NCBI RefSeq assembly: GCF_006345805.1 | Contig: NC_043017.1 | Coordinates: 9,734,001-9,798,000 of the forward strand | DNA: 64,000 nt | Reading direction: 5' to 3' | Origin: Octopus sinensis | Taxonomy: Eukaryota | Made by a program: the position numbers and the translations under genes | The notes under the pieces: model-generated | What the model was told of the DNA's origin: nothing | Database searches by the model: none | Seen by the model: the letters and a program-made list of their open reading frames with translations, nothing else | Shown: positions 26,389-39,369 of the stretch, piece after piece | Layout: the number at the start of each line of letters is the position of its first letter | Position numbering within the stretch: the first letter of the stretch is position 1

Positions 26389-28290
26389 GGCAGCAAACTG
26401 GCAGAATCGTTTGCATGCTGGGCCAAAATGCTTAGCGGCATTTCATCCATCTCTATGTTCTGAGTTCAAATTCCGCCAGGGTCCACTTTGCTTTCCATGC
26501 TTTCAGAATCAATAAAATAAGGACCAGTCGAGCACTGGAGTTGATATAATGGACTAGTCCCCTCCCCCAAAATTTTGGGCCTTGTGCCTATACTAAGAAG
26601 GATTATTATTATTCTTGATCCATTCCATGCCACCATGGAAAACAGATGATGATGATGATATCAATACCCAGTGATATTTTGGTCTCACTGTATAATAACA
26701 TTTTTAGTCAATACCTGTGAACAAGCTTTGAAAAGCAAACATCAAGGTTTATACCCATACACACACACTCTGCACTCACAGTTATGAGATCCTGGTATTG
26801 ATTATTGGATAGGGTGGTGTGTTGTATTCTTGAAAAAAAAAACACTTCATCTGATGTTGCTGTGGGATCACTTTGACATCTGATGTGCGACACACTGTTT
26901 CGGCAATGTTGATTTGATGGAGGGAATGAATTGATGTAAGGCACAAACGTTTGACCACCATAAACGAATCATCTGTGCAGGTCATTCAGCAAGAAATTGC
27001 AGAACAGTCATCTATTGTCTATGATAGGAGAGTCCACAATATATATATATATATAAGGCGAGCTGGCAGAAACGGTAGCACGCCGAGCGAAATGCGAAGC
27101 CATATTTCGTCTGCCGTTACATTCTGAGTTCAAATTCCGCCGAGGTCGACTTTGCCTTTCATCCTTTCGGGGTCGCACTGGGGTCGATGGAATCGACTTA
27201 ATCCCTTTGTCTGTCCTTGTTTGTCCCCTCTGTGTTTAGCCCCTTGTGGGTAGTAAAGAAATATATATATATATCTTTTATCTTTTCTACACAACTATCC
27301 CTGTGCCTATCTACACAGCCACTCCTGTGCCTATGTGTGTGGGGGAAAACAAAAAGGAGTTGATGAGGGATTAGTAATCCAAGTGAAATACTTCAAAAAC
27401 TCTCTGTTGATAAAGTTGCACCAGGCTAAGAAATAAGTCCTGTGGCCAGTGTTGGAATCCTGGTAATACAAACTCAAAACACTTGTCATTGGTCATGTTT
27501 TTAAACCAGTTACCAAGTTAAATTGGTATGTTGCTACGGAGTGATATAGAAAATACACACTGATAATGGATTTTATACATTTATTGAAGGCTTACAAATA
27601 TTTCAGATAAGTATTGGGGGGATTTGTTTCCATATTTTAATTGTGTCAACCAATCAATCCACGGTGAACCGACTGAAAATACACACACACACAGTTGGGA
27701 TGCAAAATTCTTGACCGTGCAACTCATCATCATCATCATCATCATCGTTTAACGTCCGTTCTCCATGCTAGCATGGGTTGGACGGTTCGACCGGGGTTCT
27801 GGGAAGCCAGAAGGCTGCACCAGGCTCCAGTCTAATCTGGCAATGTTTCTACAGCTGGATGCCCTTCCTAACGCCAACCACTCCGTGAGTGTAGTGGGTG
27901 CTTTTTACGTGCCACCTGCAACTATGTCTGAGAAAAGACGGAGAGGTGACAGCATACCAGTGTGCCAGAAGCCAGAACATATGTTAGTATTTTAATGCCA
28001 ATCAGGTGAATGGTACTTCTCTGGAAGTACGTTCTGAGTTCAAATTCTGCCGAGGTCGACTTTGCCTTTCATCCTTTCGGGGTCAATAAATTAAGTACCA
28101 GTTACGCACTGGGGTCGATGTAATCGACTTAATACCTATGCCTGTCCTTGTTCGTCCCCTCTGTGTTTAGCCCCTTGTGGGTAATAAAGAAATAAGTACT
28201 TCTCTGGATATGGTCCAAGATGTCAGTGTACATAGCAGCAGCAGCAGTCTCAGGTGTGGGAGCAGTTATTCCACTGGGGACATCTCTTAA

Positions 28291-28512
28291 TCATTTGGCA
28301 TTCAGAATACTCTGTCACATGCAATGGTTATTTAATCACATTGTTTGGAATCAATAAATGTATTATCTTGTAGCTTCAATATTTCAATGATGTGATTGTT
28401 TTGTTTTTACAATGACATTGTAGGGTAGGTACGAGAAACCGGATTGAGCCAGTTTGAACATAAAACGAGCAGAATCTTTGGACCGGATGTGGCCAGTTTA
28501 AATGCTAGACGG
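28291..28512. mobile_element. piggyBac-type MITE family 2 (older copy)
   Basis: Same internal sequence (aatgacattgtagggtaggt...ggccagtttgaacataaaa) with decayed TIRs; another partial copy at about 62431-62623. Confidence 0.62.
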
Positions 28513-29522
28513 TTACACCTTGTGGAATGTCAACACCTGTTGGGAGCTGAAGTATTTTGTTTTTATAGTTGTTGCTGTTACTGTTTGTTCTTATGTCATT
28601 TAACTTTGAAGTCCCACTGTCTTTGTAATCGAGATACAGAGAGTATAAGAAAGGATAGCAGGGAGTTTAATGGGGTTCTGGAAAAGAGGCTTCTTTTGTT
28701 TTTGTGTTTTAATGTTTTGTTGGGGTTTTTTTTCTTTCTTTTTTTATTCTGAGTATTTCATTATAAATTGGCTCCGAGAATTTTGTGTGTCATTGAATCC
28801 AAACTGAATGCATTAGACTCTGTGTCTGTGTGGCCGACAATAGATTGCGTATGGTAGGATATAGATATGCGCTTGTACGTAACACGATATAGATTTTTGT
28901 GAGGTGTGTATAACTGGGTATAGATGATGTTCACATGTGACCAGATACACATTGTGTGTGTATAATTAATAATTTAAAGAAAACAGAGAATATATATAGA
29001 ATAATTATTTTCCAATCATAATGCAGCCAATTTACAAGTTCTTACTTTCTCACCTACGTCACATTTCGGCCAATTGTTGTCCATATTTGCACCTCTAAAG
29101 TGCATTCTGATGTTATAAAACAATGGCCTCTTCTGGGCATATTGGCCCTTTTTTCATTTCTCTCAACAGGAGAATGTATTCTGACTTTATATATATATGT
29201 ATGAGTGGCAGGATATAGTGTTTGCGTATGTGTGTGTATGTTTGCTTAGAGTGTATTTGTGCACATTGTAAGAGGAGAGAATGAGTGCAGACGAAAGTAG
29301 TGCAATGGATTAAGCAGCCAGGGAGGGTCTGGTAGATGTGGCTTTTTCAATCTGGGTGCATTTTAGGACACACGTACACACACATGCTCACATATGTACC
29401 CGTATGTTCAGATTCACACATGCCCACACACCCTGTTATACTTAGGCACATGCACTCTCGCACACACATACTTTTATCTATATACATTTTCTTGGATGTA
29501 CATGCTTGTACTTGCTGGCACA

Positions 29523-29575
<53 letters not shown>

Positions 29576-29578
<3 letters not shown>

Positions 29579-29768
29579 GTTTGAAAATGCAAAGGTCTTT
29601 TAAAGATGTTTATTGACTTGACCGGTTTCACTTTTTTAGAAAAAGATTGTCAAAAGTAAAATGTAAAGCTTTGTATAAGCTTTGTTGCGTTAAGTACTGG
29701 TTTCTTTTTCTAGAAAAGTGAAACCGGTCAAGTGAATAAACATCTTTAAAATTGCATTTTCAAACCTT
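29576..29768. repeat. Long inverted repeat (arms about 66-70 bp, spacer about 56 bp) beside (TA)n
   Basis: Left arm 29576-29646 is the reverse complement of right arm 29703-29768 apart from a few substitutions and a small insertion. Confidence 0.9.
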
Positions 29769-30280
29769 CTTTCATATATATTTCCACTCGTGCGGTATCT
29801 TACAACTTTACTTTGTTTTATATATATATATATATATATAAATAGACACATGTATGCATACATTGCCTCAGATTCACATCAGCACACATATATACATAGT
29901 TGATAATATGTGTGTGTGTGTCTGTATATGTTTATGTATACAGGTTTGTATACGTATGTATATCTATGAATGTGTGTCAGAGAGAGAGAGAGAGAGACCA
30001 CTCGTGTAAAAGGGGTATGTGAATAAGAGAGAGATTTCTGTGTATGTCTCTCTCTCCCTTCTTTTATTATTTTTCTGGTCTCAGTCATTTGGCTGTGGTC
30101 AAACTGGAGCAGCACCGATTTTTTTTTTTTTTTAGTTGATTACATTAGCCAGATCCTGCCTTTGTACTTATTTCAGTTGGATACTTATATATATATATAT
30201 ATTTTTTATCTATATTTTTATCAAGTGGCCAAGTTGATAAAAGCTAAACTACATCTGGGGCAGGTAAACAAAACATAATA

Positions 30281-30311
<31 letters not shown>

Positions 30312-30459
30312 TAATGATTTCTTTATTGACCACAAATGGTTTACATTAAGAAAAGTATTATGGATGGTACAGGACAAAACAAAGAATGTGTGTGTGTGTT
30401 GTGTGTGTGTGTGTGTGTGTTGTGAAGGTTTTGCATGTAAATAGGTTTAATGTAATAAA

Positions 30460-31505
30460 AATAAACAAAAAATTACGGTCCTTTCTAAATTTGGCACAAG
30501 GCCTGAAATTGTGGTGGAGGGGGGCTAGTTGATTACATTGACCCAAGTATATGTCTGGTACTTATTTCATCGACCCCTGAAAGCATGGAAAGCAAATTTG
30601 ACCTCAGCGGAATTTGAACCCAGAATGTAAAATATAAAGTCAAACCTGCTAGGATTTGAACTCGGAATGTTAAGAGCTGGAAGAGATGCTGCGAAGCATT
30701 TCATTCGATTCGCTAACATTCTGCCAGCTCCCTGTCTTAATGATGACAATAATAATGATTCTACTTTAAGCACAAGGGGCCTAGTCAATCACATTGATCC
30801 CAGTACATGACTGGTACTTATTCTCTTGAAACTGAAAGTATGGATGGCAAAGTCAACCTCGGTGTCATTTGAACTTGGAACGTTAAAACAGATGAAATGT
30901 TGCTAAGCATTTTGTCTAGCATGTTAACAATTCTGCCAGATCACTGCCTTAATAATAATAATAATAATAATAATAATTAATTCGTTTATTGGCCACAAGG
31001 GCTGACAAAAATTAATTAAAACATAAAGGGACAAAACACAGGACGAAAGTTACAAAGGGTTTTGTCCGTTTGCAAAAAAAACGTGTAAAAATTCCAGAGA
31101 TAAATGGCGGTGCCCCAGCATGGCCACAGCTCGTGAGCTGAAACTAGATACGATAAAGATAACAACGAAAATATAACTATTGAAATTCCCAATAGGGGGA
31201 GGTGCTTCGAAAGGTTACTCATGGAAAAACCCATAAAAGCCACGGGAGCCTAGTCAAAAGGTGGGTAGAGAGCCCCTTTCTCCTTTTTAATCCGTTCTAC
31301 TAAAGACACAAGACCTGAAATTTGTGGGGAGGGGACCAGCCTATTACATTGACCCCAGTGTTTCACTGGTACTTAATTTATCGACCCCGAAAAGATGAAA
31401 GGCAAAGTCGACCTCTGCGGAATTTGAACTCACAACGTAGGGACAGGCGAAATACTGCTTAACTGTTCGTCCAGTGTGCTAACGATTCTGCCAGCTCCCT
31501 GCCTT
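30460..31505 (-). mobile_element. Cluster of three SINE family B copies
   Basis: Repeated minus-strand tgaaaggcaaagtcgacctc-ggcggaatttgaactc cores. Confidence 0.75.
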
Positions 31506-32105
31506 CACTAATAATGATTCTAATGACTAATAATTCCACACTTTAACACTTCCTAATGTATTTTAAATCATGGGAATTTCGTTATTTTTCCTTGTGTACT
31601 TTATATGTTATCTGAGAACGAAGACACACAGAGATACACACAAAAGCCAAAAAAATATGAGGTGGGTGGAGAGAGAAAATATCATTGAAATAAACCTGTT
31701 TTAATTTCCACTCCCATTTGTTTGTGAAATCTTGCTTTTTTCAGTCTTTCTGAGGATTGGTAAGAATTTAAATCACTGTCTGTTTTGGGGTTTTTCCATT
31801 TTCCTTTCTGTACACCCCATAATTATCCTCAATATTTTAGATAAGATATACTTCAGGGGAGAATCTGGGTTCTTTGCATTGTACCCTAATCCTTACCTTA
31901 CCTTTATCACCTCTCCTCCAACCACTACCACAGCCATCACCACCAACACCACTGCTACCATCACTACCAGCATGCCATTATTGTTTGTCCAAGTTCACCA
32001 ATGTAGTGTAAAAACATAAAGTAAAATAAAATTTGATTGCCCCTTCACCCAAAAGTTTTGCATCGACTTATTTTCATTATTGCAAAGTTGTATAACAATG
32101 TCTTC

Positions 32106-32146
<41 letters not shown>

Positions 32147-32373
32147 CATTATTATTAGTTATTATTAGTTATTATTATTATTATTATTATTATTGCATTG
32201 TATTTCTTTTGTATCATAACAATGAAATTATATTGTATTATCACTGATTTGTACCACTGCCACACACACACACAGTCATTTACTGACTAGAAATAACAAC
32301 CAAATTTCTCTCTGCCTCACACTCACACAAGGGAACATGCCTTACACACTCACATACACAAAAAAGAGTATGC

Positions 32374-32416
<43 letters not shown>

Positions 32417-33304
32417 GGGTACCACAAGCCAACAAGTCCACCTGCACATATTTCATCAACTGAATAGAAATAGCAGTCATATTTCCCTCCTCGTGTTGCT
32501 CAGAAACACACACACACACACACACACAGGAGAGCGTTGACTAGTAAGGGTACCACAAGAGGATAAGTCACCACCGCCACCACCACATACAGTCATTTGA
32601 CCAACTAGGAACAACATCTAAATCTCCCTTGAACCACTCCTTGCCATCTTCAAACAAAAAAACAGACAAAGACACTAAATTGAATATAAAAGACAAGCTG
32701 GTCATGATTGGAACACTTTCTCTAAGTCTGCCTGACCAGGACTGACCTGGGGCTAAATGTGCCAAATTCTAAATTTGTTTGACCTTTACAACCCTCACTT
32801 GTATAGACTTAATGGATACGACAACAGAACAGTTTAGAGAGAGAGGGAGACACAGACAGACAGACATTAGCGTTATGATGGCATGTGTTCTCATGGAAAC
32901 CAAATAGAATGTAAAATTGTGTTAGTTTGAGATTTACTGCCTTGTATTGGGATATGCTGTCATTCTTTTGACTGAGTGTGTGTATGAAAGTATATGGCTT
33001 AGTGGTTAGGGTGCTGTACTCATTAGATTGTGGGTTCAATTGCTGGACTGGGTGGTATGTTCTTGAGCGAAACACTTTGTTTCATGCTGCCCCAGTCCAC
33101 TCGGCTGTAAATGGGTCACCCTCTGATGAACTAGCTTTCTGATCAGAGGCAATGTTGGCCTGCTTGCCTAGCCAGCAGGGTGGCATCATTTGAAAGCTAA
33201 AACAACACAAGAAAGCGCATTGTGACCAGTGATGTATAGCATCTGATAATGTGGTTGATCACGTGATACACACAAATGCACACACACTCTTGAGCTACAT
33301 GGAC

Positions 33305-33835
33305 ATAAACTGATGTGTGTAGATTTGCCCAATCCATGGTGATACATGTTAGAGTATGTAGAGCCAACCACTCCATGGATGTAGGTCCATCCAATCCAAT
33401 TGATATAGTTATTAGATCCATTGTCCAACCCTTGAACATGGAATACAGTATGCAGATCCTCTGTTCAATCCATAAATACCCAACAGTGTGTAGATCTTCT
33501 GTCTAATCCATGGAGACATGTTACAGTATGTAGAACTGACTTTGCTATGGATCTTGTTCCATGAATTCCTTGGATATTTCAGATTCATCCAATTCCTGTT
33601 ATATCGTGTATAGATCTATTCAATCCATGAATGATGTAGGATACACCTTCTCCTTGGATGCAGGATACAGTATGTAGATCCACATCCTGTCTGTGGATGA
33701 AGTGTATAGATCTACTGCCCACTCTATGGACTGATGATAATGGTGTGGAGATCCATGATCCAGTCCATGGATACGTGATAAAGTGTGTAGATGAATATAT
33801 TGAATATATTGGTTACAAGACCCAGTAAGTAGATC
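33305..33835. repeat. Degenerate ~37-40-bp minisatellite (CAGTRTGTAGATC...AATCCATGGA)
   Basis: About 12 diverged units of variable length. Confidence 0.7.
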
Positions 33836-34581
33836 TGGGCCTTCCCCAGAAGCCACGAAGATATGCTGTAGTGTGGTGATTAGACCTGATCGACTCTTAC
33901 CATTAGAAGGAAACCAGTTAATGACAGTGTAATGGGGATTTACATGTTAACATTGACCAGTTGTGTCTCAACAGCTATAACAATACACCCTGTCCAAAGA
34001 TCGTTTGTCATATTAATAACACACACTGTAGGATCTCTGGCGAGTTAACTCGTCCAAAAGATAGACTTGCCAAAATCGACAGCAAACAAGTTCCTTTGTC
34101 TATTATAAACTCTTTTTTGACATATACGAGTATATTCGCTCACTATATGTCTGGCAGTGACAATTTCTGCCACCTTTCGCTTGAGTAAGGCATTGAAGAC
34201 CGAGTATGATTTAGACACCTGGAGACAGTCGAAGGGTTGGAAGGCACATTTTATGAATAATAAATAAGGTTTGAAATATACCTCGAAATCACCATTCAAA
34301 ACATAGTAAAATAAAACAATAAAAAATATGTCTGAAAAAATACATTTATTTTCAAAATAATTGTTGGGTAAGGGGTTAACAATAACATCTGGGTTTGAAA
34401 AATGAAAAAATATTCACCAAAGGGTTTGGCATAACGAAGAGTTCAGTTGCTTTGCTTTTTTTTTTTTTACTTTTGACTCTTGTTCTTGTTGTTGTTATTG
34501 TAATAATTGTTGTTCACTTGTCGCCTGCTGTTCTCTAAATGTCTTTCTCTCTCCATATTGTTCCAGGTTAAGTCATCTTCA

Positions 34582-34665
34582 ATGACAGACGATAACTCAG
34601 ACCAACCGATAGTAGCAGTCTGTGTTGTTTCAGACCGTCTCAAATGTCCCCCAAAATATTTCCTT
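34582..34665 (+). CDS. MVB12: MVB12 coding exon 1 (MTDDNSDQPIVAVCVVSDRLKCPPKYFL); exon starts at acceptor 34567
   Basis: ttccag acceptor, ATG at 34582, CTT|gtaagt donor (phase 0). Peptide resembles the MABP N-terminus (PITGVGVVA...APTGY in vertebrate MVB12B, recalled). Confidence 0.88.
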
Positions 34666-35051
34666 GTAAGTATCTGCCATTTCTTTTCCCTCATGAATAT
34701 CTGTGCCACAGACTTTGGTCAAACAACTCAAACCCTGGAATGAGCCAAGGTATTTCCACTGCAGTGTTGTTCTTCCACTGCTGTGGTGTACATGTCATGT
34801 TGGTTTGGTTTCTGTGATTGGATGCCATTCCTATCACCAACCATTTTACAGAATGCAGCCAGTCCACATTACTCTGTAAGGAGCATAGCGTTGGCTTCTC
34901 AGTTCCTTTGGCAAATATTTTCCTTCCCTGGATGGGACTCCAGTCCTATGCAAGATTTCTAAATTTTTTTTTCCAGTTGAGTGGACTGGAGCAATGTGAA
35001 ATAAAGTGTTTTGCTCAAGCACGCAACGTGTTGCCCAATCCAGAAATTGAA

Positions 35052-35283
35052 AGGCAGCAAGCTGGCAGAAACGTTAGCACGCCAGGCGAAATGCTTAGTG
35101 GCATTTCATCTGCCGTTACGTTCTGAGTTCAAATTCTGCTGAGGTCGACTTTGCCTTTCATCCTTTCGGGGTCGATAAATTAAGTACCAGTTACGCACTG
35201 GGGTCGATATAATCGACTTAATCCGTTTGTCTGTCCTTGTTTGTCCCCTCTGTGTGTAGCCCCTTGTGGGTAGTAAAAAAATA
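35052..35283 (+). mobile_element. SINE family B
   Basis: Full-length match. Confidence 0.85.
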
Positions 35284-35558
35284 AGAAATTGAAACTACAA
35301 TCTTATAGTCATGACTCCAATGTCTCTAACCACTAAACCATGTGAAAAGTCCTTGGCAAGGTATAAGTACAAAGGGACTTGGTAAACACTAGGCTCTCTC
35401 TGCTCATTTGCCAACCGCTTCACAAAGTGTACTGGGTGCAATTCTTTTATGCCCCCAGCCCTACAGAGATTACTGCAGGGTGGAAGGGTCTTTTCACTGT
35501 GGCACTAAGATATATTACATACAGCTTCTTCTATTTATTTTGGTGTTTTCGGTGGAAG

Positions 35559-35760
35559 TCTTAACTGGAACCAACATTCATCCAGTTCTTGTGTCTTTGA
35601 ATGATCCAAGAATAGTTTGTCTGTTTGTTAGAATCTTGACTGGAACCAATATTCTGCTAATGCTTCTATCATTGAAAAGTCCAAGAATATCTTTTTGCCT
35701 CAAGTCTTGATTGTAACCAATATTCTGCCAATCCTTGTCCAGGAATATCCTGACTATATT
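35559..35760. repeat. Degenerate ~70-bp tandem x3 (TCTTGACTGGAACCAATATTC...CCAAGAATA)
   Basis: Three visible units. Confidence 0.7.
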
Positions 35761-36316
35761 CATGCATTGTTTGGCGCTGAGAATTCTCCATTATTGATTA
35801 TGCTATAATGTTTTCTGGTTAAAGTTACAACAAAACTTCCGCCATAAATTACACCCAAAATACAACAAGCGGTATAATCTGTTTTGCCATCTAACAGCAT
35901 TGTATAATTGAGCAAAAAATACATGTATGAATGTTTTGAAGATGACACGTTCCGTTTTTCGATTATGAATTTGTTTTGTAAGATAACAGTCTATTTCACA
36001 TTGCTTCCAGTCCACTCAGCGAGTAAGAATGAGTCATTCTGCAATGGACCAGCATCCATCCAGAAGGGAATATATGGGCCATAGAAACAGGGAAACCATC
36101 TCTGTGAGTCTTGGGAAGGATCAGGGACTATTCAAGCTCTTTAGTGTTGGTGCTACCATGAGACAATGCACTGAGAACAATGGTTCCCAGTCAGAAAGGA
36201 CTTGGGTCATAATGAGGACCCATCCTACCCATGCCACCATGAAAAGGGAGCGTAAAATGATGAAGATTTGTTTTTGTTCTTTTACGTCCTGTTTTCCATG
36301 CTAGCATAGGTTAGAT

Positions 36317-36696
36317 CGATGGTTCCCAGCTGGGCTCCATATGACTCCTGGGGTGGAGTATAAAGCTTTTGGGAGTTCATGAAAGCAAAATAGTAAATTG
36401 GGGATTTATGGTAGTGCTTTAGGGATCTTTGGAAAAAAAAATTTGCTTCAGACGAATTTATTGCAAGACATAAACTAGGTTTCTTTCCGTAAATTTTAAC
36501 TTAGTTTCAACATGCTTCCAACCATTGAAACATGTTCTCTCTGTGAGTGTTTTGCAAACCTACACAAGTGACTGCCATAAATAAAATTAGGAACTTGGAA
36601 AGAATTATCTGTAAAACTGAATGGCTATGGTGAGGTCCACCAGAGTAAAACAATAATCAAAGAGATCCATGGATAAAAGACAGTGGACAACGACTG
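36317..36696. mobile_element. Degenerate hAT-type MITE
   Basis: Decayed CAGTGGTTCCC-like left end, right end ...CCATGGATAAAA...CAACGACTG; a related right end lies at about 8140-8190. Confidence 0.4.
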
Positions 36697-36857
36697 GGTC
36701 AGGAGAATCTATCATTTGAGGCCTTGTCTTATGATCAGACAATCTTTCTGTTGTTAACCCTTTTCTGCTTTTCAAGTAAGGGAGCTGTTATTCTACATGG
36801 CTTTGAAGGTATGAAGCGAGCAGAGGATTTGTTGACAGAATAAATGTCACCACTTAA

Positions 36858-37039
36858 CCCTTTCATTACCAACCCAGCTGAAACCAGCTCTGGCTCTGAG
36901 TACAAATGTTTTGTTTTCATAAGTTGTGTTCCTAACACTAGCTGAATGATTACGAAGTTATTTTACTAAATTCTTTGTTATATTTAAAGTAATTAAAAGG
37001 AAAACAGAGCATCTTAAAATAAATACAATAATGAAAGGG
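36858..37039. mobile_element. piggyBac-type MITE family 1 (internally deleted)
   Basis: TTAA|CCCTTTCATTAC...ATAATGAAAGGG|TTAA; collinear with 10968-11189. Confidence 0.78.
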
Positions 37040-38179
37040 TTAAAGCACAGTAATGGGTTTTTTTTTTTACTTTTTTTTCATAAGAGATATTTAAATAAAA
37101 TTTATATATTACGCAATCCACAAAAAGATATTTATTATAGATAACCAAAGTTATATTTAGTTCAAACAACAACCACAGACCCCAATATTCAATGATGATG
37201 ATGATGTAATCAGAAATATAAATAATTATGATATCAATTATTTATGACAAATAATATATATGCGTAAATATAAAATAAATTAAATTTACATAAACATATT
37301 CTTTTTTCCTTTTTCTCCCAGAGAAGTGTAAATGTAAGTTGAGACACATGTGCATGTGCATGCACACACACCCATGCATGCGTGGCATGGTTCTTGGGGT
37401 TTTTGTCTGTCAAATCCACCATCAAGGCTTTGGTCAGCCCAGGGCTGCTACAATAGTTTCATCCAAAGTGCCATGCTGTGGGACTGAACTCAAGGCCACA
37501 TGGTTGGGAAGGGAACTTCTCATCCACATAGCCGAGTGTGTGTTTCAGTGGTAGCTATCTATATTCTGTAGCTTTATTTAGTAGTACCTTCAGAGGTACT
37601 GTCAGGATAGCTTTTATGCAGTCCGATTTCCTGTAAGCATCGGGGCCCAGGTCTGTGTGTATATCTGAGGCTCCCTCATGTTTTACCTGTCACCTTGAAT
37701 TTTCAACCCCATCTCCACCCCACTCCCCTACAGCTTTATACAGCAGACCCAAACATGCTGCCCCCTATAATAAAAGTGTCACATGGAGCAGACTACCCCT
37801 TCTTTGCTCTCCCTCCTCAGTTACATCACTACCCGTCTCCACCACCCCTACTAGTTTCAGAGCCCCTTTCAAAAAAGGGTCATGGCTGCTGTCCTTCTTT
37901 TCCTCTGCTTAGGCCATACAAATCTGTGGTTCCTCACCTACTTTTTTGTTGGCTTGTTTCTTTTTTTTAAGACCTCAGGCTGTGATTTTAAGAGAGATTA
38001 AACACTCGATTGATTCACACTGTAGCCTCTTATTTGTGGATCAATTCACATTGTTATGGTTGTTCAAGTATTTCAGTAAAAAACCTCAGTTTTTGAGGGA
38101 AAAAAAAATTAATACCAATACATTGAAGCACTTCTGCTATTGTAAGGTACTTAATCATACACATATAATCGCTCACACA

Positions 38180-38309
38180 CGTGCATATATATATATGTGT
38201 GTGTGTAAATATATGTATATATATGTATGTATATATATATATATAGTATGTATATGTATATATATATATATATGTATGTATATATATATATATATGTATA
38301 TGTATATAT

Positions 38310-38381
<72 letters not shown>

Positions 38382-38885
38382 ATATATATATATATGTATG
38401 TATATGTATATATATATGTATGTATATGTATAATATATATATGTATTATATATATATATATGTATATATATGTGTATATATATATATATGTATGTATATA
38501 TATATATATGTATGTATATGTATATATTATATATGTATGTATATATTATATAGTATGTATATGTATATATATATAATATATATATGTATGTATATGTATA
38601 TATATATATGTATGTATATGTATATATATATATATGTATGTATATATATATATATATGTATGTATATGTATATATATATATATATGTATGTATATGTATA
38701 TATATATATATATGTATGTATATGTATATATATATATATATATATGTATGTATATGTATATATATATATATGTATGTATATGTATATATATATATATATA
38801 GTATGTATATGTATATATATATATATATATGTATGTATATGTATATATATATATGTATGTATGTATATATGTATATATATGAATG

Positions 38886-38915
<30 letters not shown>
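38180..38915. repeat. About 740-bp (TA)n/(TATG)n compound microsatellite in MVB12 intron 1
   Basis: Directly visible; source of the 334-aa pseudo-ORF. Confidence 0.95.
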
Positions 38916-38916
<1 letters not shown>

Positions 38917-39369
38917 TAATAGGAATGAAAGAACAATGAAAAATTTATAGAACTGTAAGATATTTAACTATTAATATATATATTCACACACACACATGTG
39001 TGTATATATATATATAGGATTAAAGGAACAATTGAGTAGAAGAGAATTCAATGCCAGATTGCAGAATTCAATAAACATATTTAATTATTAATTCAATAAT
39101 TATACAATACGATATTGTATTGAATGATTATCTGGCTAATAATGAATTATATATTTATATATAATCATCATCATCATCATCACCGTCATCATTACATCCA
39201 CTTTTCCACGCTGACATGAGTCAGACTGAGTTTGTTAAGACAGGTTTTCTATGGCCGGATGCCCTTCCTGTCACCAACCCTCTTATGGCCAGACATGTTT
39301 TCACAGAAGATTTTCAAACAGGATATACTTTGCAATCCAACTTTTACTTTCTTGATGAGGTGTATGTCT

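Noticed and set aside
37946-38950. 334-aa ORF, and similar long low-complexity ORFs (3489-4304, 15510-16352, 24646-25377, 17178-17654)
   Set aside because: These are translations of microsatellites or pyrimidine tracts with no domain content.
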